From: Geosiphon pyriformis uo1
Taxonomy: Eukaryota; Fungi; Glomeromycota
Direction: 5' to 3'
Assembly: GCA_016748015.1 (NCBI GenBank)
Contig: JAAOMT010000602.1
Coordinates: forward strand, 1,501,696-1,565,695
Length of the DNA: 64,000 bases
Part shown: piece after piece, positions 38,387 through 49,800 of the stretch
Position numbering within the stretch: the first letter of the stretch is position 1
Layout: each line of letters opens with the position of its first letter
The notes under the pieces: model-generated
What the model saw: only the letters and a program-made list of their open reading frames with translations
The model's database searches: none
Told to the model about the DNA's origin: nothing
Translations under genes and position numbers: made by a program

Positions 38387-40416
38387 TTAAATTCCTTGAA
38401 CCACCCTTGGCCATTCTTGACGAATACGTTCAAATAATTCAGGTTTAGTTCGTCTTAATGCATCAGGTTGCTCAGCAAGTGCCACAAAGGTAGTTGTCAC
38501 GCCTGAGTCAATCGCATCAGTAACTACAATCTTTTAAAGCAGTTCGTAAAGTATTGAATCAGTGAAATTTTGAGGCAAAGAAGCTCATTTTTGATGAAAA
38601 GACATACCGTCATCATCAAACCAAGCAAGAAACATACAAGAACAAGGACAAGTATGCGCGTGGTGTCGAATCCTGAGGTGAAGATTTTTATATATGCATA
38701 ACCAAACAGAGCGCATAGAACTCCGATGAAGATGGCGCCCATTGCAAGCACATTTCCTATAAGGTTATCGTTGATGATGGCTTCTACACCTCGATCTTTG
38801 ATCAATGTCCAAGTATCCTTGGCAGCTTCGCAGTAAGACTTGCCGAAAATGGCAACTTCGAGATTATGCAATAGTTAACTTAAATGATTCTTATAGAAAT
38901 AAAATTATCAATATAATAATGCCTTGACCTACCTTCCACATAAGCATAATGATTGAAATATTCGACCAGGCCTTCTATGCATGACAATATATAAGCGAAG
39001 CAACATGCCAAGAATCCCAAGGCCCCATCATCACTGTTGGCAATCGTTCGGAATATTGCCCTTAAAGTGTTTAAGAGGGCAATGATCAGACTACCAAAGC
39101 AAATAGAACCAAGTGACGTAGTGCAAGCGCGCTTAAGTGAGCTCAAAGTGGGGGCAGAGCCAGTTCCTTGAGGAGTGCCTTCAAGGAAATAATATGCAGC
39201 ATAGACACCAGCATCGGTAACGTGAACAATTGTTTTTATGACCTGACTTGTCCAGTAGAAATTGAATAACAAATAAATCATTACAAAGTACAAGTTGTTA
39301 TTTTTGCAACTGATCTTCCCATTCTCGGTTGACTTGCAATCTCCTCGCTTATAGAACAATTGATACCTAAAAGGAATAAATCAATTTAGCTTTAAGTTTA
39401 AAATTTAGAAGACGAATAATATTTTTACATACGATCCAACCGCGGCGAAGGCCCACCAGATCGACCAGCCTACTTGGAATACCAAACCGACGAATCCCAT
39501 CACAATAGTGCCATAATATTTTTTCGTTATACTAGTGACTGTTTCTAACATAATGGCAGCAAATGGAATTCTATGTCTCCAACTCCATGCACAAATAAGA
39601 TAAATTACACCAAAAATTGCAAATATAATGGCCTAGAAAATTGAAACGATAATCAGTATTTCGGAGGTATTATAAAGACTTATTTATAAAGAGCTTACTA
39701 AAACAAATTGACGAGCAAGCCCATAAATGATAGCTGCGATAAAATAGGTGGCGATCGAAAGCCATAAAGTAACTTTGATAAGGGGTTTAGGAAAGCGTTG
39801 CATCAGTAGCATATAAATTAGGCTCAAGAAAAATCCAAAGACCAGAGAAAGGACCAACAACACGATGGATTTGGAATCCAGGTCAATATTGGTTTTACTA
39901 TCATTGGATGAACGATCATTTATAAATTCTTTGATTCCAAAATAACTTAGGGTTATAAAGCCAGCAAATTGAATTGCATATAGTATGAGGGCCCATAAAT
40001 CTAGAAAAAGAAATGAAATCTGTTAAAATTTTGGACAAAGGATGTTTATCATGAGATTTAAACCAATCGAGAATATACAATATTTTCGAACAATATTTTA
40101 CATAAATATTCTAAGAGCTTAAAAAAAGGCTGGGATTATCAACAAAGAATGAGGATTTTCCTTTTCAGCATATTCTCAATTAACTCATAATAATATCTTT
40201 CTCAACTCTTTTTGGATTTCACTCACCTTGATACTTTGGCCTAGGATTCCATTTCTCAGCTACTGGATTTGTGGTTTGCCCTTGTTCATAACTAGGAGGT
40301 TGATAACCAGGAACAGGAGCATATGAGGTTGCTTCTGGGGGAGGATAATATTGTTGTTGTGGGGGAGGAGGATAGTACTGTTGCTGTGGTGGTGGTGGAT
40401 AATATTGTTGACTCAT
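38387..40416 (-). CDS. PNS1: Choline transporter-like (CTL/Pns1 family) membrane protein, 6 exons
   Basis: Exons 40416-40227, 40000-39699, 39632-39433, 39366-38933, 38855-38608, 38530-38387 with GT-AG introns joining in frame. Motifs PKYQDLWA, TTSLGSICFGSL, YFNHYAYVEVAIFGKSY, IDSGVTTTFVALAE. P/Q/Y-rich N-terminus. Confidence 0.92.
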
Positions 40417-40952
40417 ATTGCAAAGAAATGTATTTTTGTCTTCTTATTATACAAAGGGAGCGATACCAAAAATCAAGCAAATAAAATATCGATTTGGGTT
40501 GTAAAGTTTTTTCTTGATTTAGAACTCAATTGGGGCTTTTTATCTTCTCGGAGACAAACAAAAAAAACCCGAGTTTGGATACGAAGGAGAAAAATTGCTA
40601 AAAAGCCACAAATCTCTTGGGCATTTTATCAACCACTATGATGGACCTCATGATTGGCCACAAATTTTAAGGATTAGTTACACTTGTGCCAAAATAAAAT
40701 CTAAATATGTGCATAATATTTATCGACTATTGATAAGCCCGAAGGAAAGGTGGGCTTGGACGATGAAATGTGGGGTTTTTATATTTTGATTCGTCACTTC
40801 AAACGCGTTACGTAAGTCTTTTTGCTTTTATTTGGAAAGTAAAAAAAAATACAATATATACACTAATTACAAAATTGCGAAATGAAAGGTTATATGAATC
40901 GAACTAAAATAACTAACCATTATTTTGGTCAATTGGATAAATTGTCTCAATT

Positions 40953-41984
40953 TTAAACTTGGGCACTCCCTCTTATCCTTACACTTTTTGCTTTTCCTCT
41001 ATTACTCCGAACAGGACCATTGGAAGTTGATTGAGTACCGGTAAGTTTTGTTATACGGGCTTTTCCCAACTGCCGTCCGTATTTTATGGCACGATAAAGC
41101 AATGCTTCATGAGCCTTTTCAGTCTCTGTTTTTTTGAGATAATTTAGACTTGTTCTTATGTACCATCGATCAATGTCTTGTTCAGAAACATGTGTCCAAA
41201 GTGATAATAAGTATCTCTGTTTCTTGTCAGGTTTACGAAGGTTGTTGTCGAGCAAATATTTAATCAACCATAAAGTCGTTTCTGGGTCAATTCGATCACG
41301 CGTCTTTTTTAAATCTTTCTTCAATTCCTTTCGAAAATTCTCAGAAGGGATTCGAAGGAGATTTATAGTGGTTTCCGCAAATCTACTATGGGAACCCACC
41401 AATTCATCAATAATTTCGTTTTGTTGATTACAAAGTTCGATAATTTTTTCTGAAAGACTGCTCATAATAGCAAGAATCTCAAAATCCAATTGTGTTTTAC
41501 CTCCCTTGGGAATTAGAAGATCCATTTCATCTGTAAGTTTCAACAAGTTGGATAAAAATTTTGAAACATTCACTGAAGTATAAAAATTGTCTCGAAAATT
41601 AAGCAACTCCATCAGTATGGGAAAAAGTGGGTGGCTTCCAAATCGTTCGTTATAGAGTCTTAAATTTTCAATTATTTGAGTTTCTTTTTGGTCTGGGAGC
41701 TTCCTAGCTGTAAAGCTATTCAAATTAGAGTTTCCTGCAGAGGATTTTTTCCTATTATCCTCTACAAAATGTTCGGTTGTCACTTTGGAAGAAGCACTTA
41801 GAAATGAAATAGTTGTATTTATTGGTTTTTCTTTTAACCCACTTTGTAAATGGTTTTTATGGAGTGATTCGTAAGAAATGCTTGCATTCCCTAGCTCGAA
41901 GAAAGTTAGATCCAAAGTTGGGCTCAAAGAATCTCCTAAAGGGCGTGGATTGTGGAAGCGGGTTATGCGTTTGTTTTCTTCCAT
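40953..41984 (-). CDS. HD1-like atypical homeodomain protein of the putative MAT locus
   Basis: Intact 343 aa ORF with a degenerate homeodomain at aa ~226-283 (IDPETTLWLIKYL...PDKKQRYLLS...DIDRWYIR). Head-to-head with HD2. Confidence 0.8.
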   Translation of the reverse strand: MEENKRITRFHNPRPLGDSLSPTLDLTFFELGNASISYESLHKNHLQSGLKEKPINTTISFLSASSKVTTEHFVEDNRKKSSAGNSNLNSFTARKLPDQKETQIIENLRLYNERFGSHPLFPILMELLNFRDNFYTSVNVSKFLSNLLKLTDEMDLLIPKGGKTQLDFEILAIMSSLSEKIIELCNQQNEIIDELVGSHSRFAETTINLLRIPSENFRKELKKDLKKTRDRIDPETTLWLIKYLLDNNLRKPDKKQRYLLSLWTHVSEQDIDRWYIRTSLNYLKKTETEKAHEALLYRAIKYGRQLGKARITKLTGTQSTSNGPVRSNRGKAKSVRIRGSAQV

Positions 41985-42448
41985 TTTAATCTCAAGTTAA
42001 CGATTTCTGTTGAAGGATCAAAATGGATAAATCTTTTGCAAAATATTGGCCCTGAACTGAGGTTTATTAGTTATTTTATCTTGGGTTGGAAAACAGGAGT
42101 TTAGAATAATCAGATGAGGAGAGAGAGAAGTAATGGAAAAATTCCCTAAATGCATGTTTATCATGTAAATCTTAATGTATTATGGGTCTCAATCTTTGAT
42201 AATCGATCTGATAGGATGACAGCTATTGTAGTCCAAATATCGTCTTCCTGCCGAAATATCGTTTCTCCTTGTTTCTCATTGTTTTTTTTTGGTTTCAATC
42301 AGGATTATTATCAAAATTATACAAGCAGAAGGAAGGTAAAGCCTCCTGATTTCTGAAGATAAAATCCTGCTAAGATCGCTCCCGCTGACTCTCTAACACT
42401 TAAAGTATAAAAAAGGATGAATATGGTAGATAAGTTTTATACTAGACC
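41985..42448. promoter_or_regulatory. Probable bidirectional promoter between HD1-like and HD2
   Basis: 464 bp between divergent start codons, with TATAAAA at ~42406. Confidence 0.5.
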
Positions 42449-43906
42449 ATGGAATTAATTCAACAAAAAGTTGTCGCATACAACCACATAAGAGAACACT
42501 TTTTGAAGATCAAACAAGCTGTCTCTGACTCTAGCTTTAATGATGAAACTATTTTAAAAAACCCACTTCGCATTCAATTATTTAGGCATCACGGTTATCA
42601 ACTTGAGTCTTTTACGAACGAGATTAATTTTCTAAACCTTTTTCAAAAATACCTTGTTGATCAAACTATCTTCACTTTAATTTCTACTGATTTTGAGCAC
42701 CCTGACATAAGTGAAAGCTATGAAAAAGTCAACATTCAAGCAAAATATTTTGAGGCAGTAAATAAACTTCGTCAATACATTGAACAGACTTGTCTTGAAC
42801 GCAAAATTGATGCATTAAAAAACTATTTCATTATTCCCTTTGGAAATATCGCCCATTTGCAAACAATTATGATTAAAATAGAGCAAGTCTTTATTAATTT
42901 GTTCTTAGAAACACTATCGGAATATCGGAATACCATACGCTTTCAATTTTCTGAATTATTAATTATAAAAAGACCTTTAACAATTCCACACACAGCCTCA
43001 GGCCGCTTCAGTAATGAAACCAAACAAATCATGGAAGAATACTTTGTAGAAAGAAACGACCGACCTGATGCTAAAGAAAAGCAAGATTTGAGCGGCCAAA
43101 CAGGTTTAACTATAAAACAAATCGAGACTTGGTTCAACAACCGAAGAAGTCGTTCTCTTAAAGATGATACCTGCGACAAAGATACGATAGGATTTATGAA
43201 CAAAGAAATAGATTGGGATAATAAATTCTTCAAAATTGAAAAAGAAGCTGGACAAATCATTGAAAGAAAGGAAATTGCATCCTGCGATCTAACTTATTAT
43301 GATGCGTCTGGAATAACCACCATTGACGTCACTCCTTCACAATTACCCATATCATCATTAGTACCATTTTCTTCCAAAAATGGCCTCAATCTCCGACTAA
43401 ACTTAAAAAAAGAGGCACATAGAATAAAAAGTGCACCATATTCAAAATCATTTTTTTCACGAGCTGAAAAGAACTTGGCCAACAAAAACGCCTCTGAAAT
43501 TTATCAATCCGATTTGATTAAACAACAGTTAAATATCACAAAAAATAATACAGTGTCTAAAAGTTCCGGTTGCGTAATTGAAACAAAATCGCTTGAAAAA
43601 TCAGGCATTGACCAAGTTCAAGAAACATATTCAATCCTTGATAATTCGCTTACTTGGACGCGAGAAAAAATTTACCCAACCTTTAATAATTCGCTGACAT
43701 TCGTTCCCATCAGTAATTTAAAAGTTTCACACCACCCCAATAAAGTCACAGCAAGTTCATTTGCAGAACCTTATGGATCCTCTCCTAATTTTCCCAGAAG
43801 GTTAGTAGAGCAAACACCAACATACAATCCTGAATATTCCGAAATCGGTTCACAAACCACTGAACTTCTTATTTCTCCTCTCACGTACAAACCCCCTATC
43901 AATTAA
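42449..43906 (+). CDS. HD2 homeodomain transcription factor of the putative MAT locus
   Basis: Intact 485 aa ORF with a homeodomain at aa ~180-240 (RFSNETKQIMEEYF...GLTIKQIETWFNNRRSR), helical N-terminus and S/T/P-rich C-terminus. Confidence 0.9.
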   Translation: MELIQQKVVAYNHIREHFLKIKQAVSDSSFNDETILKNPLRIQLFRHHGYQLESFTNEINFLNLFQKYLVDQTIFTLISTDFEHPDISESYEKVNIQAKYFEAVNKLRQYIEQTCLERKIDALKNYFIIPFGNIAHLQTIMIKIEQVFINLFLETLSEYRNTIRFQFSELLIIKRPLTIPHTASGRFSNETKQIMEEYFVERNDRPDAKEKQDLSGQTGLTIKQIETWFNNRRSRSLKDDTCDKDTIGFMNKEIDWDNKFFKIEKEAGQIIERKEIASCDLTYYDASGITTIDVTPSQLPISSLVPFSSKNGLNLRLNLKKEAHRIKSAPYSKSFFSRAEKNLANKNASEIYQSDLIKQQLNITKNNTVSKSSGCVIETKSLEKSGIDQVQETYSILDNSLTWTREKIYPTFNNSLTFVPISNLKVSHHPNKVTASSFAEPYGSSPNFPRRLVEQTPTYNPEYSEIGSQTTELLISPLTYKPPIN

Positions 43907-44229
43907 TCTTTTAATCCTTTTATCCCAAATATCTTCAAATGAGTTTATCACCAAATGGCCAACGTAAAGGTTTATAAAGTTGCCCAGGATTTCGCCTCTA
44001 AATGGTTATTTACCTCACTATAATCTCATATTCGAAAAACTGCATTGAGAATTCCTAGTAGAGAATCAAAATTTTTGTTGGTACATACATATTTTCCTGG
44101 ACATTCGCAATGATCGTGATGACAATTTTTTATCATGGAAAATCCACGTGAAATTATGAGATTATCGAATATTAAAATCAAAGTTAAAAATTTTTTCTCA
44201 ATAAACTTTATTCACGAGGAAATATCATT

Positions 44230-45282
44230 ATGTTAAAAACTATTTTCTTCACACGAGTATGTTCTTTGCATCTTTTATTCACGGCATAATTTCAAGGATC
44301 ATTTTTCTCTGAACACAAATATGCATAAGTTTATCAGGTTCACACTAACTGCTTGGCTGCTCATTAGCATGGTCATCGTGCAGACTGGATAACCCCAGAC
44401 GACGAAGATGTTGTGTATCCCACAGGCCTCAACTGGGACCCTCCCCTCTCTCGGCACGGCTGTGAACAAGCCAAAGAACTTGCTCAATACTTTGTTGATA
44501 ACAATATTAAGATCGATCGAATTTTTTCCAGTCCATATTTTCGAACTTTGCAAACTGCAAACGCAGTTGCCGAGGCTTTAGATATCGATATTTGCGTTGA
44601 AGATGGTCTGAGGTTTGATGAAAATCCAATAATATTACTTATCTGTTCAAATTTAGAGCAAAAATTATATTAAATCAGTTTGGATTTGATTTTCAATAAT
44701 TTCAAATTACTTATAATATCAATTTGGGCTTATTTCCAAGTTTTTAACATAAAAATAATTTAAATACCTTCTCTTTGTAGTGAATGGTATGGCCTTCATC
44801 GAATATTTATACCAAGTGCTGCCCCCATATCAGAACTTGAACTATTTTTCCCTCGAATCAATACTTCTCATACTTCACTTGTTCAACATCCGAGTGTTAG
44901 TGAAACCATTCAAGATATACATGGGCGTCTTTCAACCACCATGCGCAAATTAATCGCACTATCTGATGTAGATCCTAAAATCAACACTGTTTTAATAGTG
45001 ACCCATGCGGCATCCTTGATAGCCGGGGTCAGAGCTGTTTTAGAGGAAAGATACGCTTCTATTGGTAGCGCCACATGTTCATTAACGGAGCTGATAAGAA
45101 GAAATGAAAAATGGGTGATGTTACGTAACGGAGATACTTCATTTATGTCCAGTGGGCAAGAAAAAAATTGGACCTTTACAGAACCGAATGTGACTAATGA
45201 TGAAATTGAGATAAAAGGCACACTACCAGCTACCATGGAAGACGAAAAAGGACAAATAAAAAAAAGTACACATCTGCTCTAA
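44230..45282 (+). CDS. Phosphoglycerate mutase-like (histidine phosphatase superfamily) protein, 3 exons
   Basis: Exons 44230-44256, 44368-44612, 44781-45282. Catalytic R|HG split by intron 1. DPPLS..G, IFSSPYFRTLQTA, LIVTHAA. Confidence 0.9.
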
Positions 45283-46549
45283 GAAAAATCCTGTCTTGTA
45301 TTTTATCATTTCTCAGCCTTAAAATATATATCATTAGCTGCTATGAAAGGCGATCCTAAGAATAATGCGAGGAAGACAGGAACAAAATTCATTGTTTGTT
45401 TTTAAGAATTTGACATATATCTACATATTTTTAAACCGGTATTCGCTATTGTTTCTTATTATAATAAGTGCAAATCTGTAATCCTACATGTAAAGAAACA
45501 AAATTAAGCTTCTTTTTTGTTTTTTACTGTGTGATTGGTATCAATTTATAAAATTAGTAACAAATTTTAGTTGAATAAAATTTATTTTCTGTTTTAATGT
45601 ATGAATAAATCTAATTTATAAATTATTGTTCTTAAAATGTTATTAATTAAATTATCCATATATTAAATTTAAAAAATTTTACTGAAATATAAAGATTGCA
45701 AAGTTAATTTATATAAACTTGTTTTTTAAAAAATATAAAATAATATTTGTTTAAATTATAATTAACAAAAATTTAATTATTTTTTAAATTAAAACAATTT
45801 AAATTAATTACCAGATTTATTTTACAATTATATTTAGTTAAATTTTAATCTTAAAAACTATTTATTGCAAATATTATATTTTTTTTATTTTTTATTTTAT
45901 TTTACAAAGACAACTTAATTATTGTTTACTATAATACAGCAAAAAAATACTCTAAATAGATATAACTTATGTTTTATTTATATATAACCAATTATTTAAG
46001 CCAATTAAATCACATTATACAATAAACTATTTGTTTTAAAAGCATTACAAAATTTATTTGAAACATTAACTTATTATTTAATTAAAATACATTAATAAAT
46101 TATAAATAAAATTATTTTTGTAAACAAAAATTCTAAATTTAATAATTATTAAGTCATAAATATTAGATAATTATTTTTTAGTATTAGACTTTTTTTTATA
46201 TTTTATATTGAATTTAAAATTTGATAACTAAATATAATTCTTATATTTAATAATAAAAATTTATAATATATTAAACAGTTTTAATAGTTAATTCAAAAAT
46301 CAAAAAAAATTTTCAATATTAATTCTTAAAAATAAATTTCTTGATTACAATTATATATAAATAATTTAACATAATATTATTATTAAAAACTTATATAATT
46401 TAAAATTATTTATTTATTATATTTAAATTATATAATTTTTTATATAAAATTACTAAAAATTATCTGTAAATAATTTTATTAAATATATATATAAATTAAC
46501 TATAATATAATTTATTAAACCAAATTTTATGTAATTATTAAAATATCAA

Positions 46550-49500
46550 ACTAAGTTTATTTAATAAACAAAGTTTAAACTTTATTTAATACAATATATT
46601 AATAAAATAATTTAAATTAGATATAAATTACATACTTACTATATGTAATCAACTATTTAAGTCAGTTAAAACAACACTATAGATCTATTTTAATTAAAAC
46701 ATTATTAATATTACCTAAAAAAACACACATAATTTATAAATTTCAAAATAAATACTTAAGTTTTTTATAATTCTAAACAATTTTATAATTTTAATTAAAA
46801 GTTATGATTCAAGTCTACAAATAACAAAAAACATAAAATTATCTTAAATATTAAATTATTCTTTTTTATAAAAGCTCTAAGTTTTAAATATGCCAATTAA
46901 ATTTTATTTCTGTAAGCTATTTTTATTATTTAAACAAATTTTACAATCTTATTACTAGTTATTTTAGTATAATTAAAAATTAAAAGAAAATTTAAATATC
47001 AATTTCTAAAAACAAAACTTTTATTTAGAGTTATATATAAATTAATATTGTTTATATATAAAAAAAAATAACTATAAAATAGCCAAAAACAATTAACATA
47101 AACTTAACATAAAAGTTTAAAAAGCTATTATTATTACTATAATATTATAATTTTAAGTATTATTATTAAACATTAATAATATTATAACATAAATCTTAAT
47201 ATTAATTATATAAATTTATTTAAAAAATAATAATTAAATTTATATTTAAGGTATAAAAAACAAATTATATTATCAAAAACCAATCAAACTATTTTATTAA
47301 AGTTACACTAAAATTTTTCAATTAGTTATTAAAAAAGTATTATTTTTAAATGTTTATTTTAAAAAATAAATATAAAAAAAATTATTAAAGAGTTATAAAA
47401 TAGTAAACATAAATTAAAATAATATTATTTAGATATTTAACAAATATATTTTATAAAATATTTTATTATATTACTATATTTATTTGAAATAAAAGCATAA
47501 TAAAATTATTTCTTTTATAATATATTTAAAAAATAATATAATTAAAAAAACTTGCTTATAATAAAAATAAATATATATGAAATAAAAAATATATATTTAG
47601 AACAAAAATGAAAAAAAATGAAAAAAATCTACTATTTATAATAAAACTACAATAAAAAATTGGTTCAATATAAATTAATACTTTTTTTAACTTATAAAAA
47701 ACTGTATATATAATTAAATTATTTAAGATTTATATATTATATTAATACTATTTTAATTATATCAATTATTTATATATATTAAATTAATTAATTTACTTTA
47801 AGTTTATTTAGCATATTAATTTTTTAAAAACTAATAATTTAGATAATCAGATTTTAAATAGCTAAATTTTAAAACTTTAATTATATATTAATAATACTAA
47901 TTACAATATAATTAAAAACATATTAATTAATTAAATTTTTAAAAATTATTTTTAAATAATAATTACAAATTTGAAATATTAGATTGTTTAAATAAGACAT
48001 ATAAAAATTTGAAGCATAATAAAATTTGTTATTATTAAATTACATGTATTAATTTTAAATTTTCATTAATATTTTTTAATTTTTCCAAAATATTTTTGTA
48101 TTTAATTTAGTTTTTAATTAAATTGTAATTAAATTGATTGTTAATTTCTTATTTTTTTATTGTCAATTAATATTTGTTAAATTAATATATTAGTAATATC
48201 ATATATAAATTCAAAATTTTTTTAAAATTTCAATATTTCTACTATATAAAAATAAATATTCAAAAAACTCAATCTTATCACAATAAAAACACAAGACATT
48301 ATAATTACATTTATTATAAAATCACTTCTAAACAATAATTAACAAATATTAATTTAAAAATTTCATATAATATAAATGTAGTTTTACAATAAATTTACTT
48401 ATGTAACTTAAAATCATATATAAATTAAAATACTAAACCAAAAACAATTTATTTCAATTAATATCTTCTATTAAATTTTCTATAATTATATTAATATTAA
48501 AACAAATTTTTTAATAAGTTTAATTTATAATTTTAGAAACATTTTAAACAAATAATATATATTGTTCAAAACAATTATACTAATTGCTTTGATATATTTT
48601 TTATAAATATGAACAGAAAACATAAAACCAAACTAAAAAGCAGTATCAATTAGTATATTAGTTTTTATATTATTTAAAATACTAATATAATTTTTAATCT
48701 TTAATTAAATAATATCAAAACTTTTATTTTTTATAATATTTACAATATAATATTTTTTTAATTAACAATAACTATAAAAATTTGACAAATTTAAACTTAG
48801 TTTAAAAAAAACAAAGTTTAAAACAATCTGGTTATTAAGATATATTATTATTAAACTAGAAATAAAAATATATTTTAAAACTAAAACAACTGCTTACAAT
48901 TTTATAAGTGTTAAAAAAAGCAAATTATCTATTTTGATTCTAATATTCAAATTTATATTAACAAAAAATACAATAATTGTTTTTCTTATTTTTAATAAAC
49001 CAAAATATTTTAAAGACTTATTTATATAAACATTAATAATATATAAATTAATACTAATAAAACTTTTTTTACTAAAAAACTTATTAAAACTAGTTCTATT
49101 AAAAGAATATAAACTACCAACTAAGAAAATATGATATAATAAATAATAAAATAACCCAAAAACACAATAGCCAATTTAAATTAATTAGAAACAAAGTCTT
49201 TAAAATCAAGTTTTTCTTAATAATAAAAGCTTTTTCAATTAAATACTGTATTGTTTTTGGTAAAAAGCTGTTTTACAAAAATAACACCAAATCTTTTAAG
49301 TAAACATAAAACATTAAAAAATATAAAACTTTTTAAAATAACAAAGATTAAAGTATTTTTAAAGAAATAAAACATAAAAAGCAAATTATTCTTAAGAGAA
49401 AAATCAAAATTTTAGAATAATTTTACAATTTTAACCAAAAAATTGTTTCTAAAATTGATTTTTAAATTAACAAAAAACTATAATAGATAATTGAAAAACC

Positions 49501-49800
49501 AACTTAAAACTTGTAAATTCAAAAATTTATAATTAACAGTTAATTAAAAATATTATTAACATTTAAAAACAATACAATTAAAACAATTTTATATTCTGTT
49601 TGTACTTGCTTAAAAGTTTTTAATTTATATAAAAAAAAGTAATAAACAGTTTTATTTAAAAAAATTTTTGATAGGCCAGATTTTATTTTTTAATTTTTTT
49701 TAATTATTTATAAAAATGTTATTTAACAAAAAAAACAACTTGTAATATTTAAAATATATTAAAATATAGTTTAATTATTTTCAATTTAAATTGTGTTGTT
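46550..49800 (-). mobile_element. Fossil LINE sequence inside AT desert
   Basis: Minus strand near 49690-49570 reads KSGLSKIFLNKTVYYFFLYKLKTFKQVQTEYK (compare KFGLLLDFSNDTIHHSSLYDLKTFEQIQAKSK at ~28670). LINE-type 3' UTR at ~46550-46680. Continuity between the two parts not established. Confidence 0.6.

Noticed and set aside
41158-43485. Antisense ORFs over the HD genes (41158-41427, 42943-43260, 43297-43485) and intergenic ORF 42150-42356
   Set aside because: Shadow ORFs without recognisable motifs. No pheromone-like CAAX ending seen.
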